Positions 38,219-46,176 of a stretch of 64,000 bases of DNA are shown here, piece after piece. The position numbers were made by a program, and so were the translations under genes. Each line of letters begins with the position of its first letter. The stretch's first letter is position 1. This stretch comes from Minisyncoccota bacterium (GTDB lineage Bacteria > Patescibacteriota > Minisyncoccia > Phycocordibacterales > Phycocordibacteraceae): positions 7,808 through 71,807 of the forward strand of contig DAORIM010000001.1 of the NCBI GenBank assembly GCA_035438505.1, given 5' to 3'. A model generated the notes under the pieces. It ran no database searches and was not told where the DNA came from. It saw only the letters and a program-made list of their open reading frames with translations.

Positions 38219-38881
38219 CTACATAGTGAGGTAGATCTCTCCTGCTAGTGTTTTGATTCTGTACGATTCCATTTTCGGTCCAGGCATGCCGGGCGTTCCA
38301 GATGGCATGCCAGGGAGTGCGATTCCTGATATCTCGGGTTTCTCGGTAGTGAGTGTAGCGATGACTTCGAGAGGAACGTGTCCCTCTACCACATACCCAT
38401 CGATGATAGTCGTGTGGCAGCTTTCAAGCTCTGGTCCTATGCCGTGCGTTGCTTTAATTGAAGCCAGTTCTTCGTCAGATACATTATTAACTACGACATC
38501 TGCCGACTGTGCTTCCAGTTCCGCAATGAAGCCGCCACAGCAGCTACACCCTGGCGACTTGTATACCTCCATACGCTTGCCGGCGAGTTCAGGATGATTG
38601 TCAGCGACAGTCTTTCGTTCAGGCTGCTGTGCGAAGAGCGCCAGCGACCCACTCACAAGAACTGCAGCAACAAGCCCCGCCATGATTGGTCCCCTTAATT
38701 TCTTTTGCCTGCCGTACAGGAACCAGCCGATGGCAACACCAACTACTGCCCCTATAAGGAGCATCATGGCTAATGAAAGTAGGTCATTCCCCACTGCTTC
38801 CGGATGGTCTCCGGTATGTGCAAGCGTGATGAACGGGAGCGCGTACGAGACTGCGCCTCCCAGTAGTACTTTTGCTTTCAT
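38219..38881 (-). CDS. DUF411-family metal-binding protein (CopG-like copper-resistance associated)
   Basis: N-terminal TM anchor; KSPGCSCCGGF...SCHTTIIDGYVVEGHVP signature of DUF411; start set at MKAKVLLGG. Confidence 0.7.
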   Translation of the reverse strand: MKAKVLLGGAVSYALPFITLAHTGDHPEAVGNDLLSLAMMLLIGAVVGVAIGWFLYGRQKKLRGPIMAGLVAAVLVSGSLALFAQQPERKTVADNHPELAGKRMEVYKSPGCSCCGGFIAELEAQSADVVVNNVSDEELASIKATHGIGPELESCHTTIIDGYVVEGHVPLEVIATLTTEKPEISGIALPGMPSGTPGMPGPKMESYRIKTLAGEIYLTM

Positions 38882-38882
38882 G

Positions 38883-39434
38883 CTACTGAGGCCAGACTGA
38901 AAGCCAGTCGCGCATCGTCTCAATCTCGCGCGTCTGCGAGGAGACAATATTCTTAGCAAGCTCCTTCATCTCAGTGCGTGAGGTACCGGACTCAAGCATC
39001 TGCGCCATCATCACCGCCATCTCGTGATGGACGATCATTTGCGCGATGAACTCGCGATCGAAGTCAGATGCAGCTTGGAGGGCATCTACATCCCCTTCCA
39101 TTCCCTGCATGTGCATACCACCATGGCCCATGCTTTCGGTCGGTGCCCTATCGAACCATTCCTGGTACCACTGCTGCATCTTGCCGATCTCATCCGTCTG
39201 CGCGTCGATGATCTCTTGTGAGAGCGTACGCACGCGCTCATCCTTTGAGCGTTCAAGCGCGAGCTCTGCCATCTCGATCGCCCCTTCATGGTGCGGAATC
39301 ATCTGCTCGATAAAGTGAGCGTCTACATTGCCCATACCCATGTTATTACCCGGCATGCGTGGTGCGAATGTGTAGCCGAGGACGAGTCCCGCGATTAGTG
39401 CGACTCCCGCTATCAGTACTGTTTTATTCTCCAT
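38883..39434 (-). CDS. DUF305-family protein (copper-resistance associated, periplasmic)
   Basis: Signal/anchor then duplicated HH motifs (FIEQMIPHHEGAI..., FIAQMIVHHEMAV) and Met/His-rich linker MGHGGMHMQGMEG. Confidence 0.7.
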   Translation of the reverse strand: MENKTVLIAGVALIAGLVLGYTFAPRMPGNNMGMGNVDAHFIEQMIPHHEGAIEMAELALERSKDERVRTLSQEIIDAQTDEIGKMQQWYQEWFDRAPTESMGHGGMHMQGMEGDVDALQAASDFDREFIAQMIVHHEMAVMMAQMLESGTSRTEMKELAKNIVSSQTREIETMRDWLSVWPQ

Positions 39435-39469
39435 AGTTGATACTTATCTAATAAGCAAACTAAGGAATG

Positions 39470-39859
39470 CTATGGAGCCTTCGGGTTCAAAATGCCTTGC
39501 GAGAATAGGAGGGTATACAGAGGAACGGGTACTGGTTGAGCCGAGGGAAAAGCCCGATGTCTTTTCCTCGGCGGATGAAGAAGCAAAAGTCCAGACACGA
39601 GCACCGGCACGACAAGCAAGAGCGTGATGGAGTCGAGTGTAGGCTGTGCCTGCGAAAAGCTGCCGATCAAAAGGTCCATGTCGCTGTACGACATGGTGCA
39701 AAGCGACATACCAGCTACCGACACTTCGCATCCGGAGCCATGGTCTCCGTGTACAAGGGGAAAAGCGAAGGAAAAGGTGCCGATATACAGCAGTGCTCCG
39801 AGAAGGAGGAGGCTCGTAATACGTCTTAGCCCTAGTCCCGACATGCGCATAGTGTACAC
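39470..39859 (-). CDS. hypothetical small membrane protein
   Basis: Two hydrophobic segments, HGDHGSG and Cys/Met residues; sits between DUF4396 and DUF305 genes; overlaps an alternative longer ORF in another frame, so coding status uncertain. Confidence 0.3.
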   Translation of the reverse strand: MYTMRMSGLGLRRITSLLLLGALLYIGTFSFAFPLVHGDHGSGCEVSVAGMSLCTMSYSDMDLLIGSFSQAQPTLDSITLLLVVPVLVSGLLLLHPPRKRHRAFPSAQPVPVPLYTLLFSQGILNPKAP

Positions 39860-40318
39860 CTAGTGCCCATGGTGAGCATGCACAACCGCATGCCCCTTCC
39901 CTCTGGCAATGAGCCAACGGTTGACCGGAAACGCGAACATCCCCGCGACGACTAGCGCAAGCACCATGCTCCCCCAGAACAACGGGCTCGTAAGTCCAGC
40001 ATCCATAGCGCCTGGAATAAGGAGCATGACCGCATTGTCGACAACCTCCATGATTGCTATAGAGACTGTGTCTGCAGCGAACGCTAATCCAATGGCGGCA
40101 CCGAGTGTCATCCCATGCCGTAGGAGCGGAACCATCGTGAAGAGATACCCGAAGAAGAAGGCGAGTACCACAGCGAGCAGGATAGTTTGCCCTGTTCCCC
40201 ACCCAAGTGCCGTACCGATAACAAGACCGAGTACCTCGCCAGTCGCGCAGCCAGTTAGACAGTGGAGTGTGGCACTAAAGGCTACTTTGTTGAGGCTCTG
40301 CCCATGATTGTGATCCAT
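39860..40318 (-). CDS. DUF4396-family membrane protein (metal-homeostasis associated)
   Basis: HCLTGCATGE motif at first TM helix, four TM segments, His-rich C-terminus HAVVHAHHGH. Confidence 0.6.
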   Translation of the reverse strand: MDHNHGQSLNKVAFSATLHCLTGCATGEVLGLVIGTALGWGTGQTILLAVVLAFFFGYLFTMVPLLRHGMTLGAAIGLAFAADTVSIAIMEVVDNAVMLLIPGAMDAGLTSPLFWGSMVLALVVAGMFAFPVNRWLIARGKGHAVVHAHHGH

Positions 40319-40319
40319 A

Positions 40320-40586
40320 CTAAGCGCGCTTTAGTGAGTAAACCTTCAAGATCTCCTTCGTTGCCTTACCTTCCTGTCCCTTTTTCATCTGCCCGATGAC
40401 GCAGGTACCAAGATGGCTTTCCAGGAGCTGGTCTTCTACGCCTGACAGCGCACGCTTCACGGCCGAAGTCTGCGTGATGATATCAACGCAGTAAATATCC
40501 TCTTCAATCATTTTCTTTAAACCTCGTACTTGTCCCTCTATGCGATTTAGTCGGTTTAATACCTGCTTCTTTGCTTCTGTCTTCAT
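40320..40586 (-). CDS. csoR: CsoR/RcnR-family metal-sensing transcriptional repressor
   Basis: 88 aa; LNRLNRIEGQVRGL helix, conserved Cys (YCVD) and His (ESHL, GTC) ligand positions typical of copper-sensing CsoR. Confidence 0.8.
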   Translation of the reverse strand: MKTEAKKQVLNRLNRIEGQVRGLKKMIEEDIYCVDIITQTSAVKRALSGVEDQLLESHLGTCVIGQMKKGQEGKATKEILKVYSLKRA

Positions 40587-40593
40587 GCACTCA

Positions 40594-40614
40594 ATATACC
40601 CCCATGGGGTATAT
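40594..40614. promoter_or_regulatory. CsoR-type operator (GC-tract inverted repeat) in divergent promoter region
   Basis: atataccccCATggggtatat: arms ATATACCCC / GGGGTATAT match the known CsoR operator style (TACCC...GGGTA); located between csoR (-) and the DUF305 membrane gene (+). Confidence 0.6.
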
Positions 40615-40630
40615 TGTCAAAGTCTACACA

Positions 40631-41116
40631 ATGAGTATCCTAAACACTATGGATCATCACAAAAATTACGGTCGTCTTCTTCTCATGTTCGTCCTGCACC
40701 TCATTGCCATGTACGTGCTCATGTACGCCATGGTGGATGCCTTCGGAAATATCCACCCAAACCATAATCAGTTCTATATGGCGGCGCTCATGGCAGCGCC
40801 AATGGTGGTACTCGAACTTCTCATCATGGGTTCTATGTATCCGAAAAAGAGACAGAATGTGGGGATTATTGCAGTTGGTGTATTCCTGCTAGTTTGTTCA
40901 TTCATTTTCATCAGACAGCAGGTTGCCATTGGAGATGAGCAGTTTCTTAAGTCCATGATTCCTCACCACGCTGGGGCGATACTTATGTGCGAGAAGGCAC
41001 ACCTAGAAGATCCCCAGATTAAGGAACTCTGCGGGAATATCCTTTCGGGTCAGCAGACAGAGATTGAGTGGATGACGACCAAACTCCAATCTTTAGAAAG
41101 AGGTTCTAACCAATAG
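40631..41116 (+). CDS. DUF305-family membrane protein
   Basis: Three TM helices then KSMIPHHAGAILMCEK DUF305 motif; start at ATG 40631; last six codons (gaa aga ggt tct aac caa) are a copy of the island GAGGTTCTAACC motif. Confidence 0.55.
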   Translation: MSILNTMDHHKNYGRLLLMFVLHLIAMYVLMYAMVDAFGNIHPNHNQFYMAALMAAPMVVLELLIMGSMYPKKRQNVGIIAVGVFLLVCSFIFIRQQVAIGDEQFLKSMIPHHAGAILMCEKAHLEDPQIKELCGNILSGQQTEIEWMTTKLQSLERGSNQ

Positions 41117-41169
41117 TTCACGTCCGGACTCAAAATACGTGCGCTGATTGGCTTTTGACCTCTTTCCCC

Positions 41170-41290
41170 ACTACCACTCATCCACCACTTTTAAGAAATG
41201 TGAGGACGTGCCTTGCAAGAGTGAGGTTCTAAGCTCATGAACCCAATTCCACATGGTTTCATGAAAAGGCCCTAACGGGCCTTTTTGTAT
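41170..41290. repeat. island repeat unit C
   Basis: atccaccacttttaagaaatgtgaggacgtgccttgcaagagtgaggttctaagctcatgaacccaa then hairpin aaaaggccctaacgggcctttttg. Confidence 0.6.
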
Positions 41291-41362
41291 ATACACGTCC
41301 TTATCGAGGGGAGGTTCTATTATTCTGCAGCAACCTCTCAGAATTCCCCCACCTCTCGCCTC

Positions 41363-42034
41363 TTAAGATTTATCGAGCTGGGCCAAATGATGCGAGATGT
41401 CCTCTTCTGAGGTGACTTGGTAGGCAATACCTCCAACAGCTCTAAAGGTCTCACAAGCTCCCGTGGAGTCATCTATAAGGATGCTACGTTCTACTGGGGC
41501 TGAATATTTGTTTATGTAATCTCGAAATACTTCCCCTTCGTTATCACTTTTGAACTTACCTTCGTAGTAAGAGTTACTAATATCGTCGAAGTAGTCTTTC
41601 AACTTCAAGGCAGGGACAGTAAATCGGGCGAAACTATCCATATTCACAGTTATCAAAATAGTTGTATATATCTCTCGAAGATTCCCTACAGTTTCAAGGA
41701 CATTTTTTGAAACATTCATAGTTTCTGCATCCCTTACAAAGACTTCTCATATCTCTTCGAATGGAATTCTTAGCTGCTCAGACAGGAACTGATTTACTTC
41801 TTCTGCAGTATGTTTCCCTTTCATCCACTCCTCTGCATAGCTTTTCCTTTCTTTAAAAAGGAGTGTTTGTACCTTCTCATACTGTTCTGCAGGAAGACTT
41901 CGCCAAAACCGATCATGGCAAAGTGTTCCATCAAAATCTATAAAAAGAATCGGTTTCATTTGAGTATCAAGAATATTATACAATATACTCGCTCTAGGTG
42001 GATAAACTGCTGAGATTTTCAGCAGTTTATCCAC
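41363..42034 (-). pseudogene. HAD-superfamily hydrolase interrupted by an in-frame TGA (two ORF fragments in the same frame)
   Basis: Fragment 41747-42034 has motif I ILFIDFDGTL; fragment 41363-41719 has SILIDDSTG (motif IV-like); they are in the same frame separated by TGA at 41744-41746 and 8 sense codons. Confidence 0.5.
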
Positions 42035-42166
42035 CTAGAGTTATCCTGTCAAATTCATTGCTTTTACAGGTAAACCTGTGTACATTTACTAATAGCTCAT
42101 CTACCTAGTCGCAGAAGGAGTAAAGAGACCGCCATTTATGTGGCGGTCTCGGCTTTTATACTGGTA

Positions 42167-42658
42167 CTAAATACCGTGAAAGCTCTTATATTCCTTTTCA
42201 AGCTTCCTTTTTGTGTGCGAATAAGTGACCGGGTACGCAGTCCAAGGAATTAAGTATTCTTTTCTCTTTGCGAGAACTACCAGATACTCCCAGTCTCCGA
42301 AACAGATGCAAATCCTACCTTCTGTAACTCCGTCCTTATTGACTCTCGTGTTTTCCCAAACTTTTACATATTCAGGGTAAGAGTCGCAATCATCGATAAT
42401 AGGCTTTGGCCACTTTATCCTTTCGCATCGTGATTCATCTTTAACCCGCTCAACCTCTATCTTCCCTTCTGATATGAGGTGCCAAAATGTGGCCTCCTTT
42501 CCTTCTACTTGAGGATGCTTTTTAAGACCAAGTCGAGTACCGCGAAATACTGGTCTTTTGTGCACAAAATCTGCTTGGAAAAGTTCGTAAACGGCCTCTA
42601 AATAAACATCCCAGTCGTTTCCATGGTCAACTAGCCTGATTAATTCTGGTAACTTCAT
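42167..42658 (-). CDS. hypothetical protein (partner of DUF3800 gene)
   Basis: 163 aa, 11-nt gap to upstream DUF3800 gene; no family recognised. Confidence 0.4.
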   Translation of the reverse strand: MKLPELIRLVDHGNDWDVYLEAVYELFQADFVHKRPVFRGTRLGLKKHPQVEGKEATFWHLISEGKIEVERVKDESRCERIKWPKPIIDDCDSYPEYVKVWENTRVNKDGVTEGRICICFGDWEYLVVLAKRKEYLIPWTAYPVTYSHTKRKLEKEYKSFHGI

Positions 42659-42669
42659 GATGAGAGAAA

Positions 42670-43371
42670 TTAGCCCTCAGAGTGCCAGACAAAAAGATTG
42701 AACTTATCTTCACTAGGCAGTGTCGACTTTGTGAGAGAATATTTTGACCTCTCCTGAATTCTTTCAATTACTCGCTGTTTTGCTTCGCTAGATTTAATGC
42801 CTCGATTTAGGTGAGAGACAGCGCCTATTAGCAGATCCGCTAATTGCATAATTCCAACCTCCTCTGATCTTATGATCTGCATATTTTGAACAATACGCGA
42901 ATTAAAATCATACATATTTCTTCCCAACACCTTATGTAGTTGTTTAACCTTTGCGCCGCCACGAGTATCTTTTATATCAATATAAATGTCGTAGGTATCC
43001 TGAGGACTTAAAACGGCTTTTATCATTGTGAAATACATCCTGTAGTAAAAGTCGTCATGACTCATCTCGAACTTTTGGTGATCGAGAGCCATCTTATTAG
43101 GCACAACAAGTCCCCGAAAATGCAGGTCTGGCGAATCGAAGAAATAATCTACAAGATGCAGATACATCGGAAGTTTCTTTGGAGAAATCTTGGTCCACTT
43201 GATTTCAGTCCAAGGAGATAGCCCGTATTGCGTCTTTATCTCTCTTATTCGGGTCAAAATCTCCTGCGCTGAATCCTTTGGACACCACACAGCACCCAGC
43301 ACCATCGCTGTTTGGTGATCATTTTCGAGATGACAGCTCTCATCGCAATACAGGTTGTATTTAACGGCCAT
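42670..43371 (-). CDS. DUF3800-family protein
   Basis: N-terminal YNLYCDESCH motif (DUF3800 hallmark D-E-S), 233 aa, AT-rich. Confidence 0.55.
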   Translation of the reverse strand: MAVKYNLYCDESCHLENDHQTAMVLGAVWCPKDSAQEILTRIREIKTQYGLSPWTEIKWTKISPKKLPMYLHLVDYFFDSPDLHFRGLVVPNKMALDHQKFEMSHDDFYYRMYFTMIKAVLSPQDTYDIYIDIKDTRGGAKVKQLHKVLGRNMYDFNSRIVQNMQIIRSEEVGIMQLADLLIGAVSHLNRGIKSSEAKQRVIERIQERSKYSLTKSTLPSEDKFNLFVWHSEG

Positions 43372-43621
43372 TGGGATAATGATACAGGAAATCCCATCTT
43401 GTTGCTGGTTTTAGATAAGGAGGTTCTAATCTCCCAGCCCAGTTCTGGGTACCCCGTAGGCACGTATTGGCTTTCGTGTACTCATGGTGATACCCGACTC
43501 TGGTTCGTTTGATGAGCTCCTGAATAGAAATGTCTCCTTTAAAGAGGCCTGGACTCAATTCGTTGCGACGCATAAACCGGATTAGGAACGTCTTTTCATT
43601 TGCCCATAGCGCATACAACAA
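43361..43621 (-). CDS. hypothetical small protein at distal island edge
   Basis: 86-aa ORF spanning the GC transition; weak. Confidence 0.2.
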   Translation of the reverse strand: MLYALWANEKTFLIRFMRRNELSPGLFKGDISIQELIKRTRVGYHHEYTKANTCLRGTQNWAGRLEPPYLKPATRWDFLYHYPNGR

Positions 43622-43641
43622 AACCGCCCAACGGCGGTTTT
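43618..43641. terminator. hairpin at distal island boundary
   Basis: aaaaccgcccaacggcggttttgc, same accgcc/ggcggt stem family as the hairpins following repeat units A and B. Confidence 0.5.
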
Positions 43642-43662
43642 GCTACACTCCCTATTCTTAAA

Positions 43663-44103
43663 TTATTTCTCCGCAATCTCCTTGAGCTTCTCAAGCGCCT
43701 TCGGCCACATGTCGTTAAACATATCGGCGTACTCGTCAGGAAGTCCGGAAAGGTCAACGGAGACTTCTGTACTCCCGTCCTTGTCTGTAAGGGTGTAGTT
43801 CTCAAACCCTGACGTTCCTTCCCAAGGAATCTCTTCGCCGTTCCGTATCTCCGCCTGATGCTGAAGAGAAATAAATTCCTGCGGACGATTCTCCTTTACG
43901 AGCGCTGCCATTCCGCCCTCCTTCCCTCCCTCAGGATCGGGACCAAGAAACTCCATGCGGGATCCCTCGCTCCAGTCGCCGACGAAGTAGGAACCGTGCG
44001 AGAATACTTCCGACCATTGGCGGTATGTCTCGTCTCCGAGCATAGCGTCCCACACCTTCTGGCGTGGCGCGTTGATCTGAATTTTGTAGTGTAGATCAGT
44101 CAT
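43663..44103 (-). CDS. SRPBCC-superfamily protein (AHSA1/activator-of-Hsp90-ATPase-like domain)
   Basis: ~146 aa, helix-grip fold pattern INAPRQKVWDAM...YRQW; typical stand-alone AHSA1-domain size. Confidence 0.55.
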   Translation of the reverse strand: MTDLHYKIQINAPRQKVWDAMLGDETYRQWSEVFSHGSYFVGDWSEGSRMEFLGPDPEGGKEGGMAALVKENRPQEFISLQHQAEIRNGEEIPWEGTSGFENYTLTDKDGSTEVSVDLSGLPDEYADMFNDMWPKALEKLKEIAEK

Positions 44104-44203
44104 ATGCGAAAAGCGTTAAGAGTAATCTGTAGTAAGTGTACCTGCCTCAGCATGCACTGCAATGCATACGCGCTTTCTAACTCTCTGGCCTATACTAAGA
44201 CTC

Positions 44204-45037
44204 ATGAAACTCGCCACCCTCTTCCTTGCAGTCCTCATCGGCGCTCTATCCCTCTACCTCCTGTTAAAGGAGCCGAGTAGCGACCGCGTCTGGATTCCTG
44301 AGCAGTCACGCATGGCGACGGTTACGCACGCAACGAGCTCGGTAACAATTCATAACGTGAGGAATTGGACCTACGACGAGTCATCCGTCCTTGATGCTGC
44401 ATGGACAGATCTCAAGGTTGATCCCTCTACTATTACGCGCGCATGGTTTCTTGTGGAGCCTTTCTCTGAGTTTGAAGCGGTTGGCCACACCTTCCTCTCT
44501 TTTGAGTTTAGCGACGGCACAGCCGTGTCTTTCTCAGTAGAAGCGCGCCGGGAAGAGGGCGAATCATACTCGGCAACGAAGGGCGTCTTTCGCGAGTACG
44601 AACTCTCATACCAATGGGGTCTTGAGCGCGACTTCGTAACGCGCCGTCTCGTATACCTCAACCACCCATTGCGCCTCTACCCGCTCGAGCTCTCTCCGGA
44701 AGCCGCACAGTCCCTATTCCTCTCGCTCACCCACGAGACGAACACGCTCGCACTGAGTCCACGCTTCTACAACACCCTTACGGCCAACTGTACGAACGTA
44801 CTCGCCACTATCGTTAACCGAAACTACCCCGGTACGCTTCCCTACAACATCGCCTGGAACGCAACGGGATACGCGGACCGGTACTTGATGGACCAGGGAC
44901 TGATTGCCGCTCCGAACTCTCCCGAAGAAACTATGGCCGCGCACGATCTAACCCCACACAAAGCGGATGTGGCAGCGAAGGCTACAAGCGGCCCCAAGGA
45001 CTTCAGCGCCTATCTCAGAACCCTCGTAGGTACATAA
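44204..45037 (+). CDS. DUF4105-like (Lnb N-terminal domain) membrane-anchored protein
   Basis: N-terminal TM anchor then ~250-aa domain with WFLVEPFSEF...GHTFLSFEF pattern; start set at MKLATLFLAV. Confidence 0.45.
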   Translation: MKLATLFLAVLIGALSLYLLLKEPSSDRVWIPEQSRMATVTHATSSVTIHNVRNWTYDESSVLDAAWTDLKVDPSTITRAWFLVEPFSEFEAVGHTFLSFEFSDGTAVSFSVEARREEGESYSATKGVFREYELSYQWGLERDFVTRRLVYLNHPLRLYPLELSPEAAQSLFLSLTHETNTLALSPRFYNTLTANCTNVLATIVNRNYPGTLPYNIAWNATGYADRYLMDQGLIAAPNSPEETMAAHDLTPHKADVAAKATSGPKDFSAYLRTLVGT

Positions 45038-45038
45038 G

Positions 45039-45068
45039 AAAACGGCCGCATGAATGCGGCCGTTTTCT
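45039..45068. terminator. bidirectional terminator
   Basis: gaaaacggccgcatgaatgcggccgttttctt perfect hairpin. Confidence 0.7.
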
Positions 45069-45083
45069 TAAACTCTGAGTAGC

Positions 45084-45335
45084 TTATACGCGGCGCACCA
45101 TCTTCACGATGGCAAGAAGCACAACGGCACCAAGAACGGCAACAAGGAAGCTGTAGAGGTTAAAGCCTTCAACGCCCTGCTGTCCGAAGAGGCTCATGAT
45201 CCATCCGCCAAGGACGGCACCCACGATACCGACAATAATGTCGAGAAGAAGGCCCTGCTGGCCATTCGTCTTCATGATCATTGACGCGATCCAACCTGCT
45301 AGAGCACCAAATACAATCCAGATAAGAAATTCCAT
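45084..45335 (-). CDS. GlsB/YeaQ/YmgE-family stress-response membrane protein
   Basis: 83 aa, three glycine-zipper TM helices (IVFGALAGWIASMIM..., IIVGIVGAVLGGWIMSLF). Confidence 0.65.
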   Translation of the reverse strand: MEFLIWIVFGALAGWIASMIMKTNGQQGLLLDIIVGIVGAVLGGWIMSLFGQQGVEGFNLYSFLVAVLGAVVLLAIVKMVRRV

Positions 45336-45356
45336 AGTAGTTTTTACGATTAGCTC

Positions 45357-45560
45357 TTATTGCGCACCTTCGCTACCACCCATGTCGGGTGTCGGCACTT
45401 CAACATTCACCTGCGTTGCAGGCGTGTTTCCGCCACCGTTCCCGTAGCCCGGCCACACGAAGATGGCGATGAGGGCAATTACGATAAGAAGCCCTACCGC
45501 AAGAATCCAACCGCCTGCTCCGTTATCTCCCGATCCGGGATTGTTAACGACTGTTGCCAT
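45357..45560 (-). CDS. hypothetical small membrane protein
   Basis: 67 aa, one TM helix, Gly-rich termini. Confidence 0.3.
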   Translation of the reverse strand: MATVVNNPGSGDNGAGGWILAVGLLIVIALIAIFVWPGYGNGGGNTPATQVNVEVPTPDMGGSEGAQ

Positions 45561-45699
45561 TACATTAGTGATTAGCTTCTATGCCCGTTAGTGTACGGAT
45601 CGTGCGTGAGGCCTTCATGAAGGAGACTCGTTCCCTGCTTCATGAAAGCGTCAGGACTATTTCTATATCGTTTCGAAGTACGTAATTAACGCATCACTT

Positions 45700-46125
45700 A
45701 TGAACCGAACTGGACTTATTTGGGTTGTGCTCGGCATTGTTGCCATCCTTATCCTTATCTTCGCCCTTAACCGGCCCGTAACAGAGGAAGCGATGGAGAA
45801 CACCGCGACTACGACGGCAGCCGCCTTCGACCGCGAAGCAGCACGCGCAGAAGCAGCAACTGACCTTGCAGCACTTCGCGTACGCGCAGAAGCGGGCGAA
45901 AGCTATGACGACCTCTCAACGGAGTACGCTGAGGTACGCGCAGACCTCGCCGCAGCGTATGACAACGCTGAAGGTGCTGCAGCAGAAGAATGGGCTGAGA
46001 TCCGCGCAGATTTTGACGCCTTTGAGGCTTCAGCGCGCGAAGGCACCGGAAACCTGCTTGAGGCGTTTGCTAACCTCATCTCCCGCCTTTCGGCTGATGT
46101 ACGGGTAGAAACCTCTACTGAGTAG
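45700..46125 (+). CDS. hypothetical membrane-anchored Ala/Glu-rich protein
   Basis: N-terminal TM helix (IWVVLGIVAILILIFAL) then low-complexity acidic helical region. Confidence 0.35.
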   Translation: MNRTGLIWVVLGIVAILILIFALNRPVTEEAMENTATTTAAAFDREAARAEAATDLAALRVRAEAGESYDDLSTEYAEVRADLAAAYDNAEGAAAEEWAEIRADFDAFEASAREGTGNLLEAFANLISRLSADVRVETSTE

Positions 46126-46150
46126 AAACCCATCATTTTCATGGCATTGA

Positions 46151-46176
46151 GCCCGGCGAAAGCCGGGCTTTGTGCT
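46151..46176 (+). terminator. terminator hairpin
   Basis: gagcccggcgaaagccgggctttgtgc. Confidence 0.55.

Larger units (their letters stand above)
24094..43650. mobile_element. composite genomic island abutting the tmRNA 3' end (integrase + replication module + defence-like and metal-resistance cargo)
   Basis: Begins exactly at the tmRNA 3' end with a serine integrase; GC drops to ~37% in 30-36.2 kb versus ~60% in flanks; contains primase-helicase, XRE regulator, dispersed repeats; host-like GC and housekeeping genes resume after the hairpin at 43618-43641. Confidence 0.6.

Noticed and set aside
39444-40202. 252-aa Cys/Arg/Trp-rich ORF on the minus strand
   Set aside because: Overlaps the well-supported DUF4396 gene (39860-40318) and the small membrane ORF in other frames. 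Composition is typical of an out-of-frame translation of GC-rich coding DNA; no domain signal.
43411-43432. AAGGAGG immediately before TTCTAAT, which could be read as a Shine-Dalgarno site
   Set aside because: No start codon or ORF follows on the plus strand. The sequence is better explained as a copy of the island GAGGTTCTAA(C/T) repeat.
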